Below, in pieces: positions 13,720 to 25,940 of a DNA stretch of 64,000 nucleotides; position 1 is the stretch's first letter; each line of letters starts with the position of its first letter. The translations under genes and the position numbers were made by a program. The notes beneath the pieces are model-generated. The model saw nothing but the letters and a program-made list of their open reading frames with translations, was not told the DNA's origin and made no database searches. Origin of the DNA: Anolis carolinensis (lineage: Eukaryota); contig NC_085841.1 in assembly GCF_035594765.1 (NCBI RefSeq), positions 319,309,402-319,373,401 of the forward strand. Reading direction: 5' to 3'.

Positions 13720-14060
13720 GTGGATGGGTCATCAATACAGAAAAATTCAGTGCAACCTTTTCACTGGCCGCCAGGTCATTTTACAGCTCAGTTCAAGATT
13801 ATAGTTATAAACATTAGAATTCTAAATGGCTTAGGAGAAGGTTTTCTGAAAGCCTATCTTTCATGTGAGCCTGCCCATCAATTCAAATCTTCATCAGAAG
13901 TCCTTCTATGTGTACTTTGGATTTCTGAATTCAGGTGGGTGGCTTTTAGAGGAAAAAAGCATTCCCTAGTAATGAAAATATTATGAACTTTCCTCTTTTT
14001 GGCATGTTTACCTCTTGCCATGTTTTTCAGGCAATAGCTAAAGCCTATCCTATTCTCCTG
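13720..14060 (+). mobile_element. Old L2 LINE 3' fragment
   Basis: Translates to FHWPPGHFTAQFKIIVI..ILNGLG, a decayed L2 LHWLP..FR.QFK..L.YKALNG motif. Confidence 0.6.
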
Positions 14061-14757
14061 TGTTTCAATACATTTTAAAAAACAAAAAACAAAAACAAAA
14101 AAAAAAGCATTTGAAGGATAGTCAGTTCTGCTTTCAGTCGGATTCTTATATTGCCATGCAGTCCTATCCTGTGTATACTCCTAAGTAAACCCTACCGAGT
14201 GCTGTGGTGCTTATTTCCAAGTAAGTGTATAGGATTGTGATGCCAATGTTGCTGTGTAGCAAACCCTCATATGGTTGTTAAGGCTTTCTTCATGATTCCG
14301 TTACTTTATCGACATCACTTTTAGCTTTCTTTGAAGCACATACTAAAAATGGGCTATACATTACTTAATTCTTAAAACAAACAAGTTTGTAAAAAATCAC
14401 ATAGGATGGCATATTTCTTAGACATTTCAAATCAATCTGGAGTAGCTGACTGGTGAGGATTATCTACTATTACTACCATCACTCCTTCAACTACAGGTTT
14501 TGTTGATGCTGTTGTTATTAAGCTTTTATCCCATAAACTTTTATGTAGTGCAGTGTAGATGGTATATTGCAGAGCTGCATGAAAGGGAAAGTGTCTGCTA
14601 CATCTGACCTTAATGTGGGCAACAGTGAAAAGAACAGAAAGGAGGTAAAGTGAGAAGAGAGTAATGGGAGTAAACAAGTTACACATGGTAGGGCATCATT
14701 TTAACAGTGACTGAAAAACTAAGCAAAGGAAAATGCAGAAGAAACAATATGAATAAA

Positions 14758-14989
14758 AGGTTGTTGTATGTTTTCCGGGCTGTATAGCCATGTTCCAGAA
14801 GTATTCTCTCCTGACGTTTTGCCCACATCTATGGCAGGCATCCTCAGAGGTTGTACCTCACAACCTCTGAGGATGCCTGCCATAGATGTGGGTGAAACCT
14901 TAGGAGAGAATACTTCTGGAACATGGCCATACAGCCCAGAAAACATACAACAACCCTGTGATCCCGGCCATGAAAGCCTTCAACAACAG
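14758..14989. mobile_element. Penelope-like element: inverted (fold-back) pseudo-LTR pair
   Basis: ~96-bp inverted arms (14759-14854 / 14860-14955) around ACCTC; same sequence as the 3' end of the GIY-YIG-bearing copy at 59617-60252; TSD TATGAATAAA (14748-14757 / 14990-14999). Confidence 0.9.
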
Positions 14990-15314
14990 TATGAATAAAC
15001 ACTAGAGAATACTTGCATTGTGCTTCTTAACTATGGTGCACATGCATGGAAAGGAAACTTTCAAAGAGGCGATAGACAGATACATAAAGACCACGTACAC
15101 CAATCAACTTAATCTCAGAGTCTCTGAGGCCATCCTGGGTGGTGGTTTCTGGGAGTTGTAGTCCAAAAGTAACTTTCTCAACTTTTGTGAATTTTTGCTA
15201 CAGAAAAAGAACAGGAAGAACATGAAATATTCTACACTGGAGTCTATGGCATTACATTTTTTATTTCTATATATGGTTGCAAAAGTTGAACAGCAAAAAA
15301 AAAATTGGTAAGTG

Positions 15315-15630
15315 TCTCATTTGAACTATGGTGCTAGAGGATAGTTTTTCGAATACTATGGACTGTCAAAAAGATAAATAAATGGGTTCTGGAGCAAATG
15401 TGGACTGAACCTTTCCTAGACTAAGCTGAAGCTATCACGCTTTGGACATACCATGAGAAAACATGATTTAGTAGAAAATACAGTAAGGCTTACTAAGGCA
15501 GAAAGTAGTAGGGAAAAAAGAAAGGAAGTCTGCATTCTAGATTAACAAACTCAATCAAGGAAGTCATAGATGGTCTTGGAGATTTTGCATTTATAGCATT
15601 GCTATAAGTTGAAGTTGACTTGATGGCGGC
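15315..15630 (+). mobile_element. RTE/BovB LINE 3' fragment
   Basis: TTTGAACTATGGTGCTAGAGG...GAATACTATGGACTG...CTTTGGACATACCATGAGAAA (FELWCWR..IPWT...FGH.MR, decayed). Confidence 0.65.
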
Positions 15631-15799
15631 TAACCCACAACACTTTATATTGCAATACAATGATGTATCATTATATTGAACCCGGATTCATAAATGGCAC
15701 TCCCATTCCAAGAGACTTTTTGTTACCAGTATTTTTGGTTCCATAAACCAGATATTAGATTAGCCCCCTCTCAATCTTCCTGCATTCAAAAGAGACTAG

Positions 15800-16064
15800 G
15801 GACCTCTTCACATGGGGAAAATTCTCCGTTGTAGAACACTTTGCCCATGCAGACAGAACAAAGCCTGCCAGATCTCATTACAGATAGAAAATCATGAGGA
15901 CAGCGTGGAAGCATGCCGGAAAGATACGCTTTACGGCATGTGATAGGCAAACAGGTGATGCAGACAATGCATGGTACTGGACTACAGATTTGCCCCGCTG
16001 CCCCACGATTTGCCCCACTGCCCTACAGATTCTTCTGCTGTCCCCGCACCATGTGATGAGGTCC
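15800..16064. mobile_element. PIF/Harbinger MITE
   Basis: TIRs GGACCTCTTCACATGG / CCATGTGATGAGGTCC (15/16 match); 3-bp TSD TAG. Confidence 0.8.
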
Positions 16065-17120
16065 TAGATCTCATGTGTAGCTCACTTCCTGTGGAATCTA
16101 GGATGGTTTCTTCCTTTGTTTCCTATATTATTTGTTTCCAATTTTTTCCCAACATGAGTTCTACAGTGGCATACAACATAAAAAAACCCCCAATGCAACT
16201 AAAAAAACCATTAAGTACCAAAGTTAAAACACAATTAAACTAGACTTCTATTTAAAAATATGTGGGGATCAGCAAATATTTGTACCTATCAAGTCATCTT
16301 TCACTTTTCTCTCTAACAATCTGTATGTATGTGTATGTGTCTCTGTGTGTGTAAAAGTAAGGGACAGAGTGCTCTTCACATAATTTTGATGCTTGATTCA
16401 AAATGATCAACATGCATTCTGTATAACAGGGCAATATGATTTACCTTTCTTTAGTGTCATGCTTTCTAATAATGGTGTATAAATAATAAAGTAGAAAAGA
16501 GATTGAAAGTAATGTAATCATGTACATTTCTCACAAGTTGAGAATCCAATAAAAGCAGAAGTGCTTAGGTTAAAAATGCTTCTACTTTCCAGAATATTAG
16601 GATTGGGCCTCAATCAGTTTGAACAAAAATGATTTGTAGTTTTAGATGGGCCATATTATATAATATCTGAAAACTGAACAGAGAGAAGCCCGGCAAAATG
16701 GATTGAGAGTGCCAGATTTTATCAGTTACAGGAGAGGATAGAGTTAAGTCTGCAATATACCTGAGGCAGGGATCTGCCATGTCTTTTTTTCCTCTCCCCC
16801 ATGGCAGCAGCACCACATCATTTTCTTTTTGGAATTCCCTAGGCTCCTCCGGGTACTTCCTTTCCCAGCAGCACTTTCATGTGGTGGGCATTGAATAGTC
16901 TTTGAGTTCCTCTTAGAGCATGATGGGAGTTGAAGTTTTTCCTCTCTCTCTGTTTCTCAGCCATGCTGTCCATGCTCTGATTGGTTGAGAATGAACACAA
17001 CAAGTGACTACAATTCCCAGAACCCTCTCTTGTGGTTTGTATTATTTTTTAAAATGTTATGGTTAAAACTTAAAATAATTCTAAAAAATTAGTAGATTGG
17101 TGAATTGTTTTGAAACTTCT

Positions 17121-18017
17121 TGTTAGGTTCCAGCCAGCCAGGGCACCAAGGCCTGCAGTGTTTCGGGACCTGCACTTTGACAAAGATAATGATGAGGAAT
17201 TTACTGACATTGCACCCTCCACAGAGGGGCCTTTACAGCTGCAGATGCCTGAAGATGTTGACGCTGGAGATTTGTTAATTGGAGAGGATTCTTCTAGTCC
17301 TCCCTCACAGATAAAGCCAGATGTGGAAGAAATACCTGAGAACAGGGTTTTTAATCGTAGGGATTTTGTGACTAGAGAAAGAAGTGCAAAACAGGAAATT
17401 CGCTGCAGCCAGAAACTGGCAAATAGATGGGATAATGGGTAGCGTTTCCCTTGGGAAAGTTTTGGGAGTTTGTACTCTCCAAATTCTGAACAGCTCAGAA
17501 TCTGTTAAAAGTGTTTTGTTTGGTGGATTTCCTTGTGGTGTCAACGATGCTTTTTGGAAAAAGGTTTCTCAGTTTCTAGCTCCTGTTTCTAAGCCAAGTT
17601 TCCCAGTTCCAGTCGGGCCATGCTGTGCCGCGACTCTCGAGTAGACCTTGCTTTTATTTTGGATGGTATTCCTTGTTCCTGTTCCAAGTTTGCCTCAGCT
17701 TTAACAACTTTGCTGCCTTGATTGCTAAGAAGCATTTCCAGTGGATAGAACTCTGTTTTCTGCCAGCCTTGTTTCCCTGTTTAACTTCATGGACTTTGAT
17801 TTCTTGGGATAGCTATCAATTTCTCATTGTGGATTATAATATCATACCTTTTCCTTCAGACAATTGAAACCGTTATTGACTTTCTGAAAAGAACTATTCC
17901 TTACTCAGACTCTATACCTAATTTCTTTTGGATTGATAATTGTTTTAATAAAGATATAGTGTGTTATATTGGCTCTTGTCTGGTTTTCGTGTGATCACAC
18001 TGCTTTGGGGTGCAACA
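17121..18017 (+). mobile_element. Gypsy-type solo LTR (older copy) with a frame-2 ORF at 17122-17442
   Basis: TGTT...AACA termini; AATAAAGATAT polyA signal near 17947 as in the other LTRs; decayed TSD CTTCT/TTTGT; ORF ends FNRR-x13-RCSQKLA. Confidence 0.8.
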
Positions 18018-18347
18018 TTTGTCAGGCCTGCAGTTGTAAATGGGATCTAAAACTGAGGTAGGTTTTTTCATGCAGATAGGCCTTAAAATGGCTGAGGATT
18101 GAGCTTTTAGAGTTATAGCCAAATGGCCAGATCTTTGCCTCTCCCCATTTGAGTAATTTCCCGGTAAACAGAATGAGGGGTCAGTCAACAATAGACCCCA
18201 AAACAGCATGCCTTTTGGCCAAATTGCACACCTCTACAGAATTTTAATTGACCCAGTGCATTTTCCTGTGACATCATTGTTAACACTCTATTAGCTTATA
18301 GTATAATCCTATGCATTTCAGCTGAAATGTATGCCCCATTAAGCTCA

Positions 18348-18895
18348 ATCACAGAATCATGTTGAATCTACCTCCCTGATATGCAGTAATACACAATAAA
18401 AGTACTCCTGACAGATACCCAATTGGTCTCCATTTAAAAACCTCCAAAAAAGGAAAATCCATTACACTTCAAGGTGTGTATTCCACTTTTGAACAGACCT
18501 TACTGTCAGGAAGTTCTTCTATTGTTTAGGTGGAATCTCTTTTCCTGCAATCTGAATCCCTTACTCCATGTTCTAGTCTCAGGAGCAGCAGAAAACAAGC
18601 TTGTTCAATCTTCAATACGACATCCTTTCAAATATTTAATATCATGTCCCTTTTTAATTTTCTCTTCTCCAAGTTAATCATACGCAGCTCCTTAATCATA
18701 GGGCATGGATTCATTCAGTTACCCTCCTCTAGAAGTGTACTAGCTTCCCAATCTCCTTTTTAAAGTGTGGTGTCTAGAACTGGACAGTGGACACAGTATT
18801 CCAGGTGAGGTCTGATCAAATTGGTATTATTACTTTCCTCCTATTGATGAAGCCTAGAATTGACTTTTTAAGCTGCCACATCACACTGTTGAACA
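18348..18895 (-). mobile_element. CR1 LINE ORF2 3' fragment
   Basis: TCAGGAAGTTCTTCTATTGTTTAGGTGGAATCTC...GTGTGGTGTCTAGAACTGGACA (reverse complement of the CR1 RF.LN.R.NFL and VQFW.PH motifs). Confidence 0.8.
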
Positions 18896-18959
18896 ATGGC
18901 ACTTTTCCCTAAGAAAATGTGTATGTGATTTCAGCCTTAATGCCATTCTTTGTAACATC

Positions 18960-19480
18960 ACAATTCAAAGTGCTGGCTTTGACCTATAAAGCCCTAAACG
19001 ACCCTGGCTCAGTTACCTGTCCGAACGCATCTCCCTCTATGAACTACTTCAGAGATTAAGATCTTCTGGGGAGGCCCTGTGCTTGGACCCGCCACCGTCA
19101 CAGGCATGATTGGCGGGGATGAGAGACAGGGCCTTCTCAGTGATTGCCCCTCGGCTATGGAACTCCCTCTGTGGCAAGATGAGATCAACCCCCTCCTTCC
19201 TGTCCTTTAGAAAGATGGTAAAAACCTGGCTGAGGGACCTAGCCTTTGGGACAATGCAATAATGGCAGCAATAGGAAATTTCACCCTGCTGACCGGATAC
19301 AGTACGGCTGACTTGTGATGGCTTTAAATAATGCTTTTAATGTGAAGATAACTGATTGTAGTGTTTATGTATATTTATGGTTTATTTTATGTTCCAGCTG
19401 TATATATGTTGTGCTCCACCCTGAGTCCCCTCCGGGGTGAGAAGGGTGAATATAAATATTTTAAATAAATAAATAAATAA
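18960..19480 (+). mobile_element. L2 LINE 3' fragment with tail
   Basis: QFKVLALTYKALN...RDRAFSV.APRLWNSL reading; tail CCCTGAGTCCCCTCCGGGGTGAGAAGGG...(TAAA)n. Confidence 0.9.
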
Positions 19481-19868
19481 TGATCTCATGATACGTGTGT
19501 AGCTATTGGGTAGGGGGGCGGGCGGGCAGTGAAAGAAACATTTTACATCAAATAATAATTCCGCACCAAATTAAATGTTCCTTCAGTCACCAAATTTCTA
19601 GCATTACAGACAGTGAAAATCATTTACTTCTATAACTCTTCTACTTTCTGTATCCATGTTTCTTTGTAACTTTGCTTTTCCCTTTCTTTGGATGCCTAAC
19701 CTGCATTATTAAATGCTTGATGCAAGTTCTGAAGATTTAAATTTAAAAATTCCTTGCCAAGAATTTGAGGACCTGAAAGAATATTTCCCTGGGGGCCAAA
19801 AATTTAATTTAGGAGGCAATGCTCTCATTCCCTCTGTCATAACTACACCCTTGCCTTATGATAATTAT

Positions 19869-21547
19869 TAGGCTTGTCCGATCGATGGAAAAAATGTTTC
19901 AATTCTCGTTTCTAAAGTAGGGGGTGCCGGCTCTTCGATATAGAAATTATTTCTTAATTTTTCACCCAAAATTTTCGGATATTTCCGAAAATTCGTAATG
20001 TTTCTAAAATGTTTCTAAAATGGCGGACGCGCATGCGCAATCGCCAAAAAACAGGAAACCGGGGGTGACTTTTCTGGGGGTCTCCCGCCCTCATTTCTTG
20101 AGCTATTCTCATCAAATTTGGTACAGTGGGAGAACACATTCCACACTCTTTGCTCAACAAATTGCAGAATGTTTCCTGTCTCCTATGATTTTTGGCAAAT
20201 TTTCATAACTTTTTATAATACACTATTTTTCAATATTTGAAGAAACCTGTTCCTGGTTTGAAAGTCTTATTTCCTGTTCAATTGGGTTCTTATCACTGTA
20301 AAAGTCCCTCTTCTACTTGTGTAGACTTTGGATTAGAAATGCAGCACACGCCAAGCAATGCCTTGACAGGATTGGCAACGTCCCTTGGAAACTATAAATT
20401 GCTGTGGACCCTCTATTGAATCAAATCAATGTCTGACTTTGTGATTGCAGAAATAAAACTCAGCCCAAGGCTTGGGAATAGAAATGGAGCGTGAGGGAAG
20501 CAATGCCTTGACGGGTGCCCCACGTCCTTTGGAAACTATTTCTTCCAATGTACCCTTTAGGTTTGAAAACAATGTGTGTCTTTGTGATTGCTGCAATAAC
20601 ACTCAGCCCGGGGACTTGGGATTACAAATGGAGCGGGAGGGAAGCAATGCACTTGCAGGAATGCAGACGTCCGTTGGAAACTATTTCTTCCAATGTACCC
20701 TTTAGGTTTGAAAACAATGTGTGTCTTTGTGATTGCTGCAATAACACTCAGCCCGGGGGCTGGGATTACAAATGGAGCGGGAGGGAAGCAATGCACTTGC
20801 AGGAACGCAGACGTCCTTTGGAAACTATTATTTTCAAGTTCCCCCCCTTTCAGGATTGCAAAGAAGGGCTGATGTGGTGATTGCTAAATTCCAAAAAAGA
20901 AAACAGAAAGGCAAAAGGTCTCCCTCAGGAGTAGATGGAAAGCACCCCAAGCTCAGCACTAGCAGGGACGCAGACGTCCTTTGGAAAAAAAAGTTCCCTA
21001 AAGCCAGCCATAGCAAGGACTCTGCCCCAAGCCCCCAGCCAATTTTCCCCCCAAAAAACACAATATCGAACCAGCAACAACAGAAACACTCTACCTCTCT
21101 CCCCCAAACAAGCAAGCAGCAGCTTCCCAGTGCGTGCCAAACACCCTCTCTCCTCGGTATCCCAACCCAGAATGGCTTGGGTCGGCTGTGGTTGGGGATT
21201 TTTATAGAGATCCTCCACATGGACACGGAGGACGCTAGCCCCCACATTTGGCAGCCATCGTGGAAGACTCTGATTGGCCAGGGAGCGGCCATGTTAGGCT
21301 GCGCTAGGCTTCCATTCATGTTAGGTTGCAGAAACAAAAAATAAAAAAATAAAAAATAACTTTTAAAAAATATTAAAAAAAAATTTGGAAGGAAAAAAAT
21401 TAACGAAAATTTTAAGAAACAATTAGAGAATGGGCCAACGATGGTTCAAATTACATTGCCAGTTGCACCCAGGGAAAACGTTTCAATACTCGTTTCAAAA
21501 AACGAGAACAATCCGAAATAATTACGAAACGAGAAACATAACGAATA
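19869..21547. mobile_element. Non-autonomous hAT-like (TAGG) element with an internal ~144-bp tandem array; right TIR not visible
   Basis: Begins TAGGCTTGTCCGATC; subterminal CGAAA/TTTCG repeats at both ends; flanks ATAATTAT / TTAATTAT resemble an 8-bp TSD. Confidence 0.65.
20337..20830 (+). repeat. ~144-bp tandem repeat (about 3.5 units)
   Basis: AAATGGAGCG(G/T)GAGGGAAGCAATGC...TTGGAAACTA recurs at ~20337, 20482, 20626, 20770. Confidence 0.9.
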
Positions 21548-23101
21548 TTAATTATTTATGTGCTGTTTTTCCAAAACAAAACAGTTCTGCTTTGTGTTTG
21601 ATAAAACATTTGCAAAACATTTTCATTTTCTAGCACGGCATTTTAATCAACTCCTAGATTATTTTTTAATCTCAACCTTTTTTTGGAGTATATGAAGACA
21701 AATATCAAGGCAAGCACACACAAGTAACGAAAAGCCATGTCAATCTGATTTGATTGATATCACCTACTTACTAGGCTGGTGCAGAAATGTCGTATCCTGT
21801 GGTAAGTCGTAAGAAATTCATTAGCTTCATACTTATGATGAGATATCTAAAGTGCGCGGGTGGCCCATGCCAAAACCTTTAGAATCAAAATTTACTCAAT
21901 ACATTTTTGTTTGTATTGTAAATCTTGGAAGGCTCCCTCCCAAAGTCAACTTGATCTACTTTTTCATGGCAGGCAAGCAAAGGAAAGCCAAAAAAAGCTC
22001 CCATTCCTCTGTCAATTTATAGCCTCTCAACATTAGTAGTGGAAAAGAAGGGAGACGAATTTGCTGGGAAAAACACAGAACTCTAGGAAATGTAGTTTGG
22101 GAAGGGAGGAGCTCTATGCCAAATAATTCCAAAGGCCCTGCCCTAAACTACATTTCTCAGAATGCATCAGCATCATAAAGCACCAATCAGGAAAGGGGGA
22201 GAAATAAAGATTTCCCTCCATAGTTAGCCAGAGTTACAATAAATGTGGAAGGGACATTGTACTATAGCACATTTTGCTATAGTATCTTGTTGAGTCTCCA
22301 CCAACGGAGTTTGTGTCACAAAGACAAAGTTTATGGAGTAGAACATCTACATTCAATGTAAGGACTAAACCATTAAACAGGAAATAACACTTTCACACTA
22401 GGAACATATTTTCTTTATTATTATATTATTCAGAGGCTGATGTCCATCTGTCGGGGTGCTTTGATTGTGTATTTACTATAATTTTTGTTCCTGGGATATA
22501 TGTTAAGTGTATCCTGTTGTTAAAGTGAAATGTTATATCAAGTTATGCTGCTGGGTGTTTGCAACTGTGTGTTTTCCAGCAAAAAATTCCAGCAGTGCAA
22601 GGGTTAAGCACAAGCCAGCTTGATTGATTGCCCACAGGACCAATAGGTCAGGGCTTCCGTTTGAACTGTCTGGCCTGATCTTTCCTCATAAACTGAAGAA
22701 TGTGGGAGGTGCCAGCTTTGTGCAGATAACAGCATTGCTATAGCGGAATAGTTCTTCAATGAATATCTCGTCATCAAGTCTCAACCAAATCAACATAGTT
22801 TGTGTAGAACAACTACTTTCAAAGTAAGGACTACACCATCTAACAAGAAATAATGCTTTCAAACTAGGAACATATTTTCTTTATTGTTAAAAATGTTGTT
22901 TATAAAAACTTTGACAATTCCCCAAAAATCTGTGGATAAGTGACACGTTCTGAAACTTGGTGGGCTAGCAGTGGCAAATCTGTTCTATTATTGAAGCAAG
23001 TTTCACCCCAATAGCTGTACAAATTAGGGAGAAAGGAACCCCTGAAATTTCCACAATTATAATAATTACACACAATTATTATAACGAAAAAGTAACAAAA
23101 T

Positions 23102-23132
<31 letters not shown>

Positions 23133-23215
23133 GCTGCTAAATCTTTATTTATATCCCACTTTTCTTCCTAAATGGGACCCAAAATGGCTCACAACATTAT
23201 GTAAAAAACAATACA
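23102..23215 (-). repeat. (TAC)n microsatellite followed by an L2-type tail on the minus strand
   Basis: TAC array, then TTTATTTATATCCCACTTTTCT...GGGACCCAAAATGGCTCACA. Confidence 0.7.
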
Positions 23216-24099
23216 AGACATCATAAATAGGTAAAAAAATAACATATAAAAACAACTTACAATAAAATGAGTGAACATATTTAAAAACATTTATCTAATA
23301 CAGTTATTACAGGTAACTCAACAGACAGATGATAAACTTAGCATGACTCAATAAGAGTTAGCCTTCCTGTCATTACAGCTAAATATCTACTCTCATTGTA
23401 GTAACAATTTTTTGAAACACATTGAAACATAAAAGCATGCAAATACACAACACATCAAACTTTAAAATCAAAATAAAGCATATAAATACAATTAAATAAC
23501 TGTTAAAATATAACACCTAATCTCACAATCATAATCCAAGCTTTTGACTTTTAAAACTTTTTTTATTGATGGCATGCCTACTACTTACTAAATTGGGTAA
23601 ACCACATCTGAGTATTCCTTGCCTAAGAAAACCCTGTGAAGTTAATGGGATCACCATAAATCAACAGGCAACCTGAAGGCACACACTTACACACACTTCT
23701 AATGGATAATATGCAATATTGCTCCAAAATGCATGTCTGGGAGATGACATACCTGCGATGTATTATTAAGTTATACAATAAATAAATATTAAACATGCAT
23801 AATTGTGCCTCAGTAGTTAAACATAATGCCTATGGGAACTTTTTCAAGAAGACTACTAACCCGACCTTTTTCATTTCATTTTTAATTCCATCTTTTCCCT
23901 AAATGGGATCCAGACTGGCTCTCTCTCATATTCTTACCAGATATGCCTGTGATGATGGTGAAGCTGATAAAAAGTCCTTCCTGAAGGTTCATAAAACCCA
24001 AGCAGACTCCTATCAGGACATACTGTTTTTAGATAGTCTGGGCCTAAGACCTTTTAATATTATATTTCCCCTCCTCACTCCTGGAATATGCCTTTGGAC

Positions 24100-24280
24100 T
24101 GTGTGGTTTTTAAGTAATTGGTTTTAAGATTATGATGTTTTAATTATTGATTTTAATGTATATGTCTTGTTTTACTCTATGTATTTATATATGACATCAA
24201 ATTGTGCCTTTTTGTGAGCCGCCCTGAGTCCCCTTCGGGGTGAAAAGGACAAGATATAAATGCAGTAAATAAATAAATAA
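24100..24280 (+). mobile_element. L2-type 3' tail
   Basis: GTGAGCCGCCCTGAGTCCCCTTCGGGGTGAAAAGG...(TAAA)n. Confidence 0.75.
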
Positions 24281-24971
24281 ATTGTGATATTTGAAATTGC
24301 AGTCTAATTAGTAGCAGTACATCTGTTATTCAACTAGCAGCCGGCTCTGACATCTAAAGTTACAGCTAAAATGTTTGCTTCTTTATTCTTAGCTTTCTCT
24401 GCTTGGTTGCATTATTAATTTGGGTACTACTTCCATGAATATTACACTAATCTTCCCTGTACTTCTAGAATAACCGACATGAATTTAATTACATTAAATC
24501 AGCTTAAGACTAAATATTGCAGTTCATCTGGGTTATTCCTGTGGCTGCCCATGGGTAAGTTCAGTTAAGTGTTTAAAATGACATTATGACTAGGGTTTTT
24601 TGAAACCATGGAAGGAATTCTGTTTTACTCCATGTTTCAAACCTTGAATAGAGGATTTCTCTAGAAAATTTGGCTGCCAACTTACATTTCTGCTTGTTAT
24701 GACTCTGTCTCCACTCCTTTTCTCAGTATAACAGCTTATTTTCAAGAAGTTAGTGAGGTTTTCCTATACCTCATTAATTAAAATGGAAACTACAGCTCAG
24801 ATAATTAAATGAAAGAACTAGATAAGATCCTCAAGTGTAAATCCATATCAATAAATACAAAAGTCCAAATCATTCAGACCATACATTTCTAATTTCTCTA
24901 TGTGGATACTGATGAAAGCTGACAAAAAAACCCAACTCAATTGAAATGTTTTGCGGGAGAAACATGTACAG

Positions 24972-25625
24972 CAGTGTTTCTCAACCTGGGAGTTGGGACC
25001 CCTGGGGGGTCACAAAGGGGGGTGTCAGCGGGGTTGCCAAAGACCATCAGAAAACACATATTTCTGATGGTCTTAGGAACCGCTTTGTAGGTGAACTATA
25101 AATCCCAGCTACTTCAACTCCCAAATGTCAAGGTCTATTATCCCCAAACTCCATCAGTGTTCACATTTGGGCATATTGAGTATTTGTGCCAAGTATGGTC
25201 CAGATTCATCATTGTTTGAGTCCACAGTGCTCTCTGGATTTAGGTGAACTACAATTCCAAAAACTCAAGGTCAATGCCCACCAAAACCTTCCAGTATTTT
25301 CTGTTGGTCATGGGAGTTCTGTGTGCCAAGTTTGGTTCAATTCCATCATTGGTGGAGTTCAGATTGTAGGTGAATTGTAGATCCCAACAACTACAACTCC
25401 CAAATGACAAAATCAACCCCCCTCCACCCCACCAATATTCAAATTTGGGCGTATCTGGTATTTGTGTCAAATGTGGTCCAGTGAATGAAAATGCATGCTG
25501 CATATCAGATATTTACATTACGATTCATAACTGTAGCAAAATTACAGTTATGAAGTAGCAACAGAAATAATTGTAAGGTTGGGGGTCAGCACAACATGAG
25601 GCATTAGGAAGGTTAAGAACCACTG
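24972..25625. mobile_element. Non-autonomous hAT element
   Basis: TIRs CAGTGTTTCTCAACCT / AGGTTAAGAACCACTG; TSD ATGTACAG / GTGTACAA; internal ~140-bp repeats. Confidence 0.88.
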
Positions 25626-25633
25626 GTGTACAA

Positions 25634-25940
25634 ATATCATGGATTGCTAAAAAGACAAAATGTATGGTGTCGAATACTAAATCAAGCCTGAACTCTCACT
25701 AGAAGTGAAGATGACTAAAATGAGGCTGTTGTACTTTGGGCATATCATGAGATGGCATGGCTTATTGGAAAATATGACAATGCCTTGGTAAAGAGGGAAG
25801 AAATAGAAATTCTACATTATAGGTGGATTAATTCAACCAAGAAATGATTTTACAAGACCTGATGAAGGCAACTGATGATCTTGGAAGTTTCTCATTGAAG
25901 AGGTTGCCATAAACTGAAGTTTATTTGGCAGCAAATAACA
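25634..25940 (+). mobile_element. RTE/BovB LINE 3' fragment
   Basis: CATGGATTGCTAAAAGACAAAA...ATCAAGCCTGAAC...TACTTTGGGCATATCATGAGA; homologous to 15315-15630. Confidence 0.65.

Noticed and set aside
14719-14998. Near-identical ORFs on both strands
   Set aside because: Consequence of the Penelope palindrome
20472-21344. Several overlapping ORFs up to 190 aa
   Set aside because: They arise from the tandem repeat and GC-rich interior of a non-autonomous transposon; no recognisable domain
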